A stretch of DNA of 64,000 nucleotides, from the IMG/VR virus record IMGVR_UViG_3300045988_072133, positions 39,171 to 103,170 of that record; one strand, given 5' to 3'. Both the position numbers and the translations under genes were made by a program. The notes under the pieces are model-generated. The model was not told the origin of the DNA and made no database searches. It worked only from the letters and a program-made list of their open reading frames with translations. Below, one piece after another: positions 29,523-38,047 of this stretch (positions within the stretch are counted from its first letter, which is position 1; each line of letters opens with the position of its first letter). The stretch is from a virus.

Positions 29523-29616
29523 AAATTACTTGCCTTCCTCCCCCCTTTCTTCCCCCCTCTTTCCTCCCCCTTAACAATCCTCCTCCTATTACCCCCCTAT
29601 AATCCCCCCTCTTTCC
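29523..29616. repeat. about 95-bp polypyrimidine (C/T) tract with C5-C7 runs
   Basis: ttcctcccccctttcttcccccctctttcctccccc...tacccccctataatcccccctctttccccctttctt. Almost purine-free on the plus strand, in the ORF-poor strand-switch region. Confidence 0.6.
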
Positions 29617-29657
29617 CCCTTTCTTTAAATAGGTTTTCCCCATAAATTTACTATGTC

Positions 29658-29849
29658 ATGAGGACTTATGTTATGGTCGGTTGGCCAGAAATTCAATTAG
29701 TCATGGAACATCCCAGGTGGAGTGAATGCAGATTCTGTATTGAAACTAATGCAAACCCTTGCCCTGACTCTACTTATGCTGTACCTGTAGATATCTACAA
29801 GGAAGTATTCAAACTACCCAAATCTCTGCATAAGAAAGCAAAGTTGTGA
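29658..29849 (+). CDS. small hypothetical protein (63 aa)
   Basis: Isolated ORF in an ORF-poor region. Weak. Confidence 0.2.
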   Translation: MRTYVMVGWPEIQLVMEHPRWSECRFCIETNANPCPDSTYAVPVDIYKEVFKLPKSLHKKAKL

Positions 29850-30282
29850 GTTCAGAGTGAGAGATTATCTCCCAATACCCTCTATTTCGCATTTTAAGGG
29901 CCCAAATTTGGACGATCTATATAATTTGGAGTAACTGTCCATTCCCGATATTATCTCAAGTATTTGCTACCTTAAAATCCTTTTCTCGGAAGTCTTATGT
30001 AAATATGCGCTAAAGGATTAGGATATTAATGTATCAGATACCGTTTCACTAACTCTTATTTGCATGTATTACGCCCTAATAATGCATGCAGTTGTTACAT
30101 TTAGCCCAATAGATGTAGCAATCCTAGCCTGGTTGAGGTTGATCCCTTTACCAGGCACTAACACTCATAGACTCTAATGTAGATTATAGGCAAAAGCTTA
30201 TAATTTCTCTGTCCCTATAGATGTATATTACACAATAGAGTCTATGAGTTTTTCACAGAATATTCACATAATAACTTAAGTT

Positions 30283-30693
30283 ATGAACTCATATTTGGTT
30301 GAAACAGATGATTTCACAGCCCCTATAAATTACAATATTTTAGTAGGTGGCATCAGGTCTAAATATGGTCATGGACAATATCAGAAGCGTTACTTTCACA
30401 TCATAGTAACAAGTGGTTCTATGGTCATTGCGAGTACGAATCCTGCTATAAGTAAGACTTATCCTTCACAGGATATTATTGCTTATTATAAGCAGAAGAC
30501 CCTGAAAGATTTACGAATATTTACCTTTGGTAAATACAAGTATAAGACATACTTAGAGGTTATCAAGAGTGATCCTTGGTATGTCAAATGGTGTCTCCGG
30601 AACATAAAAGATTTTAGTCTCACTGCAGATGAGAATACTTATCTTAGTGATGCATACTATCAACGTTCTTTAGACCGTATTTGGCACTTTTAA
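30283..30693 (+). CDS. hypothetical protein with DUF3820-like C-terminal motif (136 aa)
   Basis: FTFGKYKYKTYLEVIKSDPWYVKWC resembles the FGKxKGKTLxEVxxxxxxYxxW motif of DUF3820. Confidence 0.35.
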   Translation: MNSYLVETDDFTAPINYNILVGGIRSKYGHGQYQKRYFHIIVTSGSMVIASTNPAISKTYPSQDIIAYYKQKTLKDLRIFTFGKYKYKTYLEVIKSDPWYVKWCLRNIKDFSLTADENTYLSDAYYQRSLDRIWHF

Positions 30694-30905
30694 CTGTCTC
30701 ACATAGGCGGTATGCACAATCTTATATCATCAAAGGCTGATTATAATGTCTAAGATGAATATTACCTGATAATATTAATAGTTTGCAGATATTAATGATA
30801 AACAGGTAGGCTAACTGCAATAGCTGGGCTTGAAATGCGGTCGGTGTATGACTAATTGTCATAGCTGCCTCATTGCCCGAGGTAATAATTTTGCCTTGAC
30901 ATAAG

Positions 30906-31018
30906 GATTCCTGATAGTTACTCACCCTTAACTTTGAGTAATATAGGAGAATCATGTTATCACATTGTACCTATTTGTGGTAGCATGGACAGGGGAGTTC
31001 GAATCTCCCTACAGGAAC
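30906..31018 (+). ncRNA. tRNA-like element with canonical T-arm (possible degenerate or unusual tRNA)
   Basis: GGGAG-TTCGAAT-CTCCC T-arm followed by ACAGGAA, which can pair with TTCCTGA about 110 nt upstream. No canonical anticodon arm could be folded by eye. Confidence 0.2.
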
Positions 31019-31025
31019 TAATTTA

Positions 31026-31099
31026 GGGCCTTTAGCTCAGTTGGTAAGAGCAGCGAGCTCATAACTCGAAGGTCATCGGTTCAAGCCCGGTAAGGCCCA
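31026..31099 (+). tRNA. tRNA-Met/fMet (anticodon CAT)
   Basis: Acceptor GGGCCTT/AAGGCCC, D-arm GCTC-AGTTGGTAA-GAGC, anticodon loop CTCATAA, T-arm ATCGG-TTCAAGC-CCGGT. Confidence 0.85.
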
Positions 31100-31848
31100 C
31101 TAAATTTTAATTCTAAGATGTTATTATTTCTATTCCTAATGTATTGTATACAGCTATGTGCGTTGATTAATTTAGCCGAGTATAACATACCTGACTGGAT
31201 TAAATTTTGTGCATTTATTCCTGTAATAGGGTTAATAGCAGAAATTATAGCTGTACTATTCTACAGAACTTAATCTCTATTAAGAGATGAAATATTTCAT
31301 TCATCACGGACTTGTATCAAGGATGCAAGAATGTCGGCAGTTAGCCCACTGTCGTATCGAAAAGGGCATCAACCGTAACCATAATGGAACGATTGTGAGC
31401 CATGCGACCTCCTGTTAAGGCTAAATTAGTCTATTCCACAGTCGCAAAAAAGGCTTTGATACTAACCACACTCAGCAAGTATCAGCGAGGTAAGCGCCCT
31501 CGGATCAAAGCTGGTGAATACATCAGAGTCTTTGGCAAATTGGTAAACATCTCAGAGATGCCTGCCTTTTTGAGAAATTAGCAAATTATTACTGTCTAGA
31601 TCCAAATTATTTAAACTTGCTTTGAATGTAGCAGTCCCTGGATAATGGCTCATAAGACATACAATCTGGAGTCAATGTAGAACACAACTCATTAGTCTAT
31701 CAGCTCGGTATACTTCGTGAGATACCAGTGCCAGCGTCACCCCTTTAATGCGGCAGATAGTTCTAATGGGAAGCAGTTAACTAAGTCAGATGCAGTAATT
31801 TTTAATAATTTATCACACAATCGCTAACATTTAATTACACAAATCATT

Positions 31849-32136
31849 ATGCTTACCATTATTCCCAATTCAGGAAAAGCATCGCCGAAGATGCGTTTTG
31901 ACCTCAACATGGACCTTAAAGGTTGTTCTTACAGCCACAAGGTCATCGCCAACCCCAAGACTAAGCAGCCTCTCTTTCAGGAGCTAATTGGCATTGACGA
32001 AACAAATACGGGGTTTCAGCGACTCTCCTACAACTGCAAGTTTTTTGCAGGAAAGAAGCCTATCTCCTACAAGAAATTCATGGAGAAAACATTCAACAAC
32101 TACGTTCTGAACCAGGCCAAGAAGATGGCCAACTAA
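31849..32136 (+). CDS. hypothetical protein (95 aa)
   Basis: First ORF after an 750-bp ORF-poor stretch. Confidence 0.35.
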   Translation: MLTIIPNSGKASPKMRFDLNMDLKGCSYSHKVIANPKTKQPLFQELIGIDETNTGFQRLSYNCKFFAGKKPISYKKFMEKTFNNYVLNQAKKMAN

Positions 32137-32148
32137 ATCATCATTATC

Positions 32149-32340
32149 ATGTCAAAAGCAAGAGGAGCAAGTGCAGCACGATCTGCACGACGTGGTACAA
32201 ATATGTACAAAGTACGCCCCAGTAATGTAGGTAAAGGCAAACGATTCAGCCGTATACAGGTTATTTCCACGTGGGATACTCTGCATCATAAACCTATTAT
32301 TACTAAGATTATCTATCACTTTAACGACCAGCACTATTAG
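32149..32340 (+). CDS. small basic protein (63 aa)
   Basis: Arg/Lys-rich N-terminus. Confidence 0.3.
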   Translation: MSKARGASAARSARRGTNMYKVRPSNVGKGKRFSRIQVISTWDTLHHKPIITKIIYHFNDQHY

Positions 32341-32343
32341 TAT

Positions 32344-32616
32344 ATGACCATTGCTAAAGTAACTAAATACAAGGATTCTTCTGCCCGGAATGTATTCCGG
32401 GTGGGAGACCTTGTACAAAAGATTAACACTGGTGCAATAGTGTTAGTCACTCATCCTACTAACAAGAAGGGTAAATTTGGAGGTGTAGTAATAACTGTCG
32501 AGAACAACAGTAATGCTCTTATTGGAGCTCTTGGAGGTTATTCTCCTCTGGACTATCAACTTTTCTATGGATCTGTAACACTTAAATCTACGAGAGATGA
32601 GCAGAGTAAGTATTAG
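32344..32616 (+). CDS. hypothetical protein (90 aa)
   Basis: ORF in a tight array of small same-strand genes. Confidence 0.35.
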   Translation: MTIAKVTKYKDSSARNVFRVGDLVQKINTGAIVLVTHPTNKKGKFGGVVITVENNSNALIGALGGYSPLDYQLFYGSVTLKSTRDEQSKY

Positions 32617-32845
32617 TCCTCATGATAAACCTAAGTTTAACATAGGAGATATTGTAACCTACAACTCAGCAGTTTTTATGGTTACAGATGAGTGTGAAGG
32701 TAAGGTTGACGTAGATGAAAGTGAGTTTATAGGAGTAGTATTATACACTGGTTATTCGGACTATCAGATCGGAGAAGTTAGTGTATTAGAAAAGAGTGCA
32801 TTCTCTGCCTTTCATGGCACTATCACCATTAATTCTGATTTATAA
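32597..32845 (+). CDS. hypothetical protein (82 aa)
   Basis: ORF in the small-gene array. Confidence 0.35.
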   Translation: MSRVSISPHDKPKFNIGDIVTYNSAVFMVTDECEGKVDVDESEFIGVVLYTGYSDYQIGEVSVLEKSAFSAFHGTITINSDL

Positions 32846-33069
32846 TGATTTGGATCGTTTTACTCCTTGCCCTGGTGGCAACATTTTGCTTCCTGGACAA
32901 CTTGGTACAAACCTTAAACAACCCCAGGGATGTCTATGAACCTGGCTTAGGTACAACAGCAACCTATGAGAAGTACCAAAAGAAGAAGAATGCTCTGGCT
33001 ATAGATCGCATGCTTTACATGTGGGTTGCAGCCTTGTTCTGGATGATATTCGTATGTCTTTCGAATTAG
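32845..33069 (+). CDS. small membrane protein (74 aa)
   Basis: Two hydrophobic helices. ATGA coupling with the upstream gene. Confidence 0.35.
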   Translation: MIWIVLLLALVATFCFLDNLVQTLNNPRDVYEPGLGTTATYEKYQKKKNALAIDRMLYMWVAALFWMIFVCLSN

Positions 33070-33201
33070 TATCCATACTAGCTTTAATTATTATCCCATT
33101 ATTAGTACTATTACTTATGAGAGTAATAGATATTGTGATGGGATGGATTATTGCTTTTATTCTCAATCCTAAGAGTTTAATACTTACTCTTCTCGCTTCA
33201 C

Positions 33202-33462
33202 ATGAAAAAAATTCAGAATTTAGAGATAATGAGCATACCGCTCCTTAGCTCCTATCTAGCGAAGCATAAGAATGTCTTCACTAGAGATTGTGTTCTTCAA
33301 GACATCGGTCGATTTCTGACATTCCGTGAGTTGCAGTTCCTCCATAAGAATCATGGTATCAGTGATGCTGAACTGGGATTCTACATGGATATGAAAGCTC
33401 AAAATTCTTTCACGGAGAATCAGTTCAAGAAGATCCAGGAAATTCACGCAAATCTGAAGTAA
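33202..33462 (+). CDS. hypothetical protein (86 aa; true start may be the Met at 33229)
   Basis: ORF in the small-gene array. Confidence 0.35.
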   Translation: MKKIQNLEIMSIPLLSSYLAKHKNVFTRDCVLQDIGRFLTFRELQFLHKNHGISDAELGFYMDMKAQNSFTENQFKKIQEIHANLK

Positions 33463-33464
33463 TC

Positions 33465-33713
33465 ATGAATCTCACAGATCTCTTACTTTCCTGTCCTGTA
33501 CTCTATCCCAGTACTAAGGATGGTGAAGGTAATATTCTGGTTACTGATGACCAGGATAATGACTATTCAGTTGGTGTAACCCTGGATTACCTGCCTGAAG
33601 ATCACAAGTGGGTTGCATCCTACAGTGATTTTATCGAATCAACACCTACGTCTGACCCTGAAGCTGCTGTAGTAGATCTACAGAATAAGCTGAAGGTTAG
33701 AGGTCTCATGTAG
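33465..33713 (+). CDS. acidic hypothetical protein (82 aa)
   Basis: Asp/Glu-rich ORF. Confidence 0.35.
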   Translation: MNLTDLLLSCPVLYPSTKDGEGNILVTDDQDNDYSVGVTLDYLPEDHKWVASYSDFIESTPTSDPEAAVVDLQNKLKVRGLM

Positions 33714-33895
33714 GTATAAAGAAAGTGGTTGCTTGAAGCGTAACTAAGACAGCAACAGCCATTGGATAAATACGTAATTCATGAATGGCAGGTGAGGTGA
33801 CGTAGCTACTGCAGGAAAATGGCAGAGTAGATTGAAAGAGCTCCTCTTGATAGCAACCTGAGGCAAGAAGCTAAATAGCTATCTTTTTATTAACT

Positions 33896-33980
33896 GGAGA
33901 GTTGTCCGAGTGGTTTATGGTGACAGTCTTGAAAACTGTTGTACGGCAACGTACCGGGGGTTCGAATCCCTCACTCTCCG
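33896..33980 (+). tRNA. tRNA-Ser (anticodon TGA), long variable arm
   Basis: Acceptor GGAGAGT/ACTCTCC, anticodon arm ACAGT-CTTGAAA-ACTGT, variable arm GTACGGCAACGTACC, T-arm GGGGG-TTCGAAT-CCCTC. Confidence 0.85.
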
Positions 33981-34035
33981 CATATTGGGAGAAGTGGAAG
34001 TATTTAGTAATATTAACTATTTAACTTTCACTACT

Positions 34036-34179
34036 ATGAAAACAATTTCTGAAGAATTTGAAAGACTTCTACGTGAAACTGCAAGAATCCAAGAAGAATG
34101 CTTAGCAGTAGCTGAAGAAATTAAGCAGTTACTCAAATCCTACAAGAGTAATTGTAACCACTCTGAGACCGAGGAGTGA
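34036..34179 (+). CDS. small hypothetical protein (47 aa)
   Basis: The listed ORF 33910-34179 begins inside tRNA-Ser. The plausible start is the Met at 34036 (MKTISEEFERLL...). Confidence 0.3.
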   Translation: MKTISEEFERLLRETARIQEECLAVAEEIKQLLKSYKSNCNHSETEE

Positions 34180-34330
34180 AAAACTTGGTGAGTATAAACC
34201 AGTAGGTTTATTGCCTAGTAATGGCAAAGGGTTCCTATATACTATAAATAAAACCCTGAGATAATTACCAGCTAGTAACTGAGGATATATGTCGGTCTTA
34301 TATCCTGAAGCACAAACACTTCCTTTCGAG

Positions 34331-34359
34331 GGGTAGGGTGTGAAAGCCCTACCCTTTTT
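34331..34359 (+). terminator. rho-independent terminator
   Basis: GGGTAGGG-(8 nt loop)-CCCTACCC followed by TTTTT. Confidence 0.6.
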
Positions 34360-34379
34360 AATGAAAAATACTGTAATTT

Positions 34380-34793
34380 ATGAGAAAGATAGGAGAAGTT
34401 TTTAAACCTGCAGGCTGTAATACCTGGCTTAGAGTTGCAGAGGCACATCCAACTCTATGGTGCGTTGCAGCAGAAGATACTACAAATTATTGCATATTTA
34501 GGACAGGCACAGGCTGTATATGTACTGGGAACTATAGGAGAGATGCAGGTGGATGTGGTAGAGCTATAGGAGTAGGTCCTAGTATAATATTCCTAAGGAC
34601 TATAGCTCCTATTGAGGTTACTACACTAGGTCCTCGAAAGTGTATCAAATGTCCTAATTCTGTAACTACAGTAGGTAAGGAATATGAATTAGAAGTTATA
34701 GTAGGAAGCAATAACTTTCGTTATATCGATGATATGGGAGAATATACCTATATTCTAAAAGAGGATATACATCTGTTCTTTGCACAACTTTAA
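34380..34793 (+). CDS. Cys-rich protein, member of the RKIGExF paralogous family (137 aa)
   Basis: N-terminus MRKIGEVF then Cys motif NYCIFR. Shares the RKIGE[VA]F...C..C[IF]F[RY] signature with 42612-43028 and 43031-43639. Confidence 0.45.
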   Translation: MRKIGEVFKPAGCNTWLRVAEAHPTLWCVAAEDTTNYCIFRTGTGCICTGNYRRDAGGCGRAIGVGPSIIFLRTIAPIEVTTLGPRKCIKCPNSVTTVGKEYELEVIVGSNNFRYIDDMGEYTYILKEDIHLFFAQL

Positions 34794-34800
34794 CAATCGG

Positions 34801-34874
34801 GCTCCCTTAGCTCAGTAGGATAGAGCAATGGATTTCTAATCCATGGGTCACAGGTTCGAATCCTGTAGGGAGTA
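34801..34874 (+). tRNA. tRNA-Arg (anticodon TCT)
   Basis: Acceptor GCTCCCT/AGGGAGT (G1.U72), D-arm GCTC-AGTAGGATA-GAGC, anticodon arm ATGGA-TTTCTAA-TCCAT, T-arm ACAGG-TTCGAAT-CCTGT. Confidence 0.85.
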
Positions 34875-34895
34875 CAAACATTCAAATTTTACATT

Positions 34896-35240
34896 ATGGA
34901 ACAATCAATTACATTCCTTTGTAAGGATGCTGAAAAGCACCTTAAGAAATCAGAGATTCTGACTGACGAAGCTCAACAGTTGATTCTGGACTCAATTAAA
35001 GAAGAAGATCTTGCCCCTGACACCGAGTTAATCTTGGAGATTGACCTTAGTTATACATATGGTTGCGTTGCAAGACTTTTCATTAACAGTCCTGATGCAC
35101 ATGATGCACATGATGCATGTGACATAGGATATTACAAACTTCCTGACTGTTGGTATAAGTATTGTTCGAGCCACAATGTGGATCCTGATAACTTTGACTA
35201 TCCTGCTGAATGGGCATCAGTATTTCTTCAACGTAACTAA
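34896..35240 (+). CDS. hypothetical acidic protein (114 aa) with short DAH tandem repeat
   Basis: Contains DAHDAHDACD, encoded by a gatgcacat x2.5 tandem repeat. Confidence 0.35.
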   Translation: MEQSITFLCKDAEKHLKKSEILTDEAQQLILDSIKEEDLAPDTELILEIDLSYTYGCVARLFINSPDAHDAHDACDIGYYKLPDCWYKYCSSHNVDPDNFDYPAEWASVFLQRN

Positions 35241-35409
35241 TATGGAACCTTATTTAGCAGAAGATGAACTTACTGATCAGGAATGTTTAGTATCTCTCGT
35301 TAGTATACTTAACACTCCTATTGGTAAGTGTAAACACAATGAAACTGTGAACTACTGTGTTAAAAGAGTCCTTAAAGCAATTGAAAACGGGGCTGTTTTA
35401 ACTAAATAA
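35176..35409 (+). CDS. hypothetical protein (77 aa; true start probably the internal Met)
   Basis: ORF overlapping the end of the previous gene. Confidence 0.3.
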   Translation: MWILITLTILLNGHQYFFNVTNMEPYLAEDELTDQECLVSLVSILNTPIGKCKHNETVNYCVKRVLKAIENGAVLTK

Positions 35410-35453
35410 ACTCTTATGGGCTCGGATGGTGAAATAGGCAGACACGAGGGACT

Positions 35454-35978
35454 TTGAATTTAAACAAATGGATTATGGTTTATGAAAATTGTAGATTTTA
35501 TGGACCATATTTAAATAAGAAGGATAATAGATTGAGATGTGTTGTAGTATTTCCTGATGGAGTAAAACGCACTATATCTTATCCTAAATATTTAATGGAG
35601 GTCCATTTGGATAGATATTTAGAAGGAGATGAAACTGTTGACCATATTGACGGAAATCCCTTAAATAATGAAATAAGCAATTTACAAATTTTGCCAAGAA
35701 AGTTACACTCATACCTTGACACTAAAAGGTATAGAGATGCAATAGTTACTTGCCAAATGTGTAAAAAGCCTTTTCTTTTAAAGGGATCTAAACTACATGA
35801 TTATAACAGAGGTGACCGCAATCAAAGTGGTTATTTTTGTTCAAAACAATGTGTAGGTCGATATGGAAGGTTAATTCAACTTGGTTTAATAAAACCTACT
35901 ACTGTGGACAGAGTAGTACCTAGTATCTATAAGGTAAAGAGTGCTCAGGAGGAAACTTCTGAAGTAGAAGTGGGCTAA
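35454..35978 (+). CDS. HNH homing-endonuclease-like protein with C-terminal zinc finger (174 aa)
   Basis: VDHIDGNPLNNEISNLQILPRKLH matches the HNH_3 core (H-N-N...H). CQMCKKPF...CSKQC Cys pairs. Free-standing between tRNA genes. Confidence 0.6.
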   Translation: MNLNKWIMVYENCRFYGPYLNKKDNRLRCVVVFPDGVKRTISYPKYLMEVHLDRYLEGDETVDHIDGNPLNNEISNLQILPRKLHSYLDTKRYRDAIVTCQMCKKPFLLKGSKLHDYNRGDRNQSGYFCSKQCVGRYGRLIQLGLIKPTTVDRVVPSIYKVKSAQEETSEVEVG

Positions 35979-36099
35979 AACGGTGAATGTGTCAGCCTTA
36001 TAAATGACAAGAACGCCGTGCTAAATTGAGTAAAACTCATAAATGTGTAGAGACTATATACCCACAACCTAAGTCAAGAGATATGGTTATAACATAGTC

Positions 36100-36180
36100 C
36101 GAGTATTTATATGTCACAATAAATACTTGAAAATCCCTTGATCAGTAATGATCGTGCGGGTTCGATCCCCGCTTCGAGTA
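36100..36180 (+). pseudogene. tRNA 3'-half-like fragment (T-arm plus acceptor 3' strand without matching 5' half)
   Basis: GCGGG-TTCGATC-CCCGC T-arm then TTCGAGTA. No complementary 5' acceptor strand or anticodon arm found upstream. Preceded by a perfect 8-bp hairpin GTATTTAT-atgtcaca-ATAAATAC. Confidence 0.25.
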
Positions 36181-36225
36181 CAACTTATTGTACTATAAGT
36201 TCTGTCAATGTTTCAAATTTCTTAC

Positions 36226-36259
36226 CCTGGGTTAGCTGTGAAGCTTGTCCCAGGTTTTT
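36226..36259 (+). terminator. terminator-like hairpin (two-part stem) plus T5
   Basis: CCTGGG-tt-AGCT-gtga-AGCT-tgt-CCCAGG followed by TTTTT. Confidence 0.4.
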
Positions 36260-36290
36260 AACCAGAAACTCTTTTTAACTTATATAAGTT

Positions 36291-36623
36291 ATGAAAATTT
36301 ATCAAAAGACCAAATTCCACCAGAGTGGAAAGGTAGTAGTCTGTGTCATGACTGCTCACGTAAAGACCATGGGATTGAACTACAGCGCAGGTACTGTACG
36401 TGGTATTGCGCGATGTGCTCCTGAAGATCAATTTGACCTTAAGAAAGGTCAGATGATTGCAGAGTCGAAGGCTACTCAGAAGATGTACAATCGCATCGGT
36501 GCGAACATGAACAAAGCTCTTAAGGTTACTGTCCAAGATCTCGATGAAATCAAGAGTGAACTTGCAAAACTTGCCAGCATGAAGGATGCCGAAGAGCGTC
36601 ATTTCGATGAAATTTGTCACTGA
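36291..36623 (+). CDS. hypothetical protein (110 aa)
   Basis: ORF with locally higher GC. The overlapping antisense ORF 36258-36641 is judged spurious. Confidence 0.4.
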   Translation: MKIYQKTKFHQSGKVVVCVMTAHVKTMGLNYSAGTVRGIARCAPEDQFDLKKGQMIAESKATQKMYNRIGANMNKALKVTVQDLDEIKSELAKLASMKDAEERHFDEICH

Positions 36624-36688
36624 AAAATAACTCTCGAACAATTCTAGTAATAACCACTCTTAGGACAGGAGTATAACTTGTCCTACCT

Positions 36689-36769
36689 GCGGGTGTGGTG
36701 AAATGGCAGCCACGCTAGACTTAGGATCTAGTGGAGAAATCCGTGGAGGTTCGAATCCTCTCACCCGCA
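36689..36769 (+). tRNA. tRNA-Leu (anticodon TAG), long variable arm
   Basis: Acceptor GCGGGTG/CACCCGC, anticodon arm CTAGA-CTTAGGA-TCTAG, variable arm TGGAGAAATCCG, T-arm GGAGG-TTCGAAT-CCTCT. Confidence 0.85.
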
Positions 36770-36791
36770 CTATTATTAACTAACACACAAG

Positions 36792-37043
36792 ATGCATTTA
36801 TATGTAAGAATCATTCTACTCTGGATTATACTCTGGGGTATCCCCTACATTAGCCTTAAAATCCAATGGAAATGTTACAAAGCTAGTGATGGACACATAA
36901 TTTACAAATATTGGAAAGAAGATAAGGCTGCTTATGAGATATTTATAGCTATATTTAGTATAGGTTTAATACTTATAGGTTTAGCTGCATTCATGTTCTT
37001 CCTCCTATGGTTCTTTCCTGAATTTGAAGAGTTCGGCCAATAA
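36792..37043 (+). CDS. small membrane protein (83 aa)
   Basis: Two hydrophobic helices (IILLWIILWGIP; IAIFSIGLILIGLAAFMFFLLWFF). Confidence 0.4.
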   Translation: MHLYVRIILLWIILWGIPYISLKIQWKCYKASDGHIIYKYWKEDKAAYEIFIAIFSIGLILIGLAAFMFFLLWFFPEFEEFGQ

Positions 37044-37269
37044 TATAATTACCTACTTTCGAAGGTACTTACTAATTGAAAGGATTCTCCAGTAATGGGA
37101 GCGAATCCAGGTAGGTGTACATGGTATGACCCGTTAATTAGAGTCTGATTCCACAGACGTTAAGTATTGTAGATTATATCAGAGAGAGAGTTCTTCTACT
37201 ATAGATTACAGGTCTTGAGATATACCAGTTGGAAAATGCTGGAGTGGGTAATTTTTAATAGATCTAATT

Positions 37270-37539
37270 ATGAGAACTTGGTTTTGTAAAGATACACAAA
37301 GATGGGTATCAGAAATTCCGCGTGCCTTTTGGTTAGGAATATACGATTATAAAACTGGAGAGAAATTATATAGTGATGACACTATATACAGTGCTAACCC
37401 ATTTTTGAGAAGTCTCAATAAAGATCTTTACATAAAGGTGACTAATCTTCTAAATGACTATAGTAAGTCAGAATTTGGTAGAGGCAGATTTTACATGCCA
37501 AGACTCACTTTTCCTCCATATACTAAATATAATAAATAG
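37270..37539 (+). CDS. hypothetical protein (89 aa)
   Basis: ORF with no recognised motif. Confidence 0.35.
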   Translation: MRTWFCKDTQRWVSEIPRAFWLGIYDYKTGEKLYSDDTIYSANPFLRSLNKDLYIKVTNLLNDYSKSEFGRGRFYMPRLTFPPYTKYNK

Positions 37540-38047
37540 AAATTATGAAACTAAAAGGAATCGAAATCAAACCAGGAATGGTTATAATCACTAAGAGTGC
37601 AAGGTATGTTACATTCCCTACAGGGATGTCTGACTATCCTATAGCATTCGCTAACATCACAGCAGGAGAATAGACTTATAACATAACTGAGGCACTTGTA
37701 GAGAAGATCTATGATCTTATTACAGATTGGGTGTTAGATTCAGGTAAACTCCTATGGTCACAAAAATGGAACAGGGAGATCACTATGAGCGAGATTGCTG
37801 AGAAGTTCAGTATTCCTGTTGAACACTTACGAATTAAAAAGGAATAAATCTCTCGCTCCTTCTAAATGGAGAGTGAATGCTGAAAGAAGACGTAAGTTGG
37901 GTAATTTTTAAACTAAACAGTTTTATGAAAGTAGATTTTTCGAAAGTAAAGTATGACAATCCGTGTTTGTCATGCTCTCATACAGACATTATGTACTGTC
38001 ACAACTGTATCCACTATCTGGGTAGGTACCGTAAAAAGGTCTAATCT

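Noticed and set aside
29523-29616. Polypyrimidine tract considered as a CRISPR array or terminal repeat
   Set aside because: No regular repeat-spacer periodicity, so it is not a CRISPR array, and only one copy is visible in the window. Kept as a low-complexity tract finding instead.
30722-30955. Minus-strand ORF 30722-30955 (77 aa)
   Set aside because: Isolated, on the opposite strand to all neighbours in a tRNA-rich non-coding stretch, and with a low-complexity translation. Probably not a gene.
36113-36136. Perfect 8-bp hairpin GTATTTAT/ATAAATAC considered as the anticodon arm of a tRNA
   Set aside because: Stem too long and loop wrong for an anticodon arm, and no D-arm or 5' acceptor strand could be paired with the downstream T-arm.
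36258-36641. Minus-strand ORF 36258-36641 (127 aa)
   Set aside because: Exactly antisense to plus-strand ORF 36291-36623, which fits the local gene orientation and follows a terminator/promoter gap. The antisense frame is considered a shadow ORF, though this remains uncertain.
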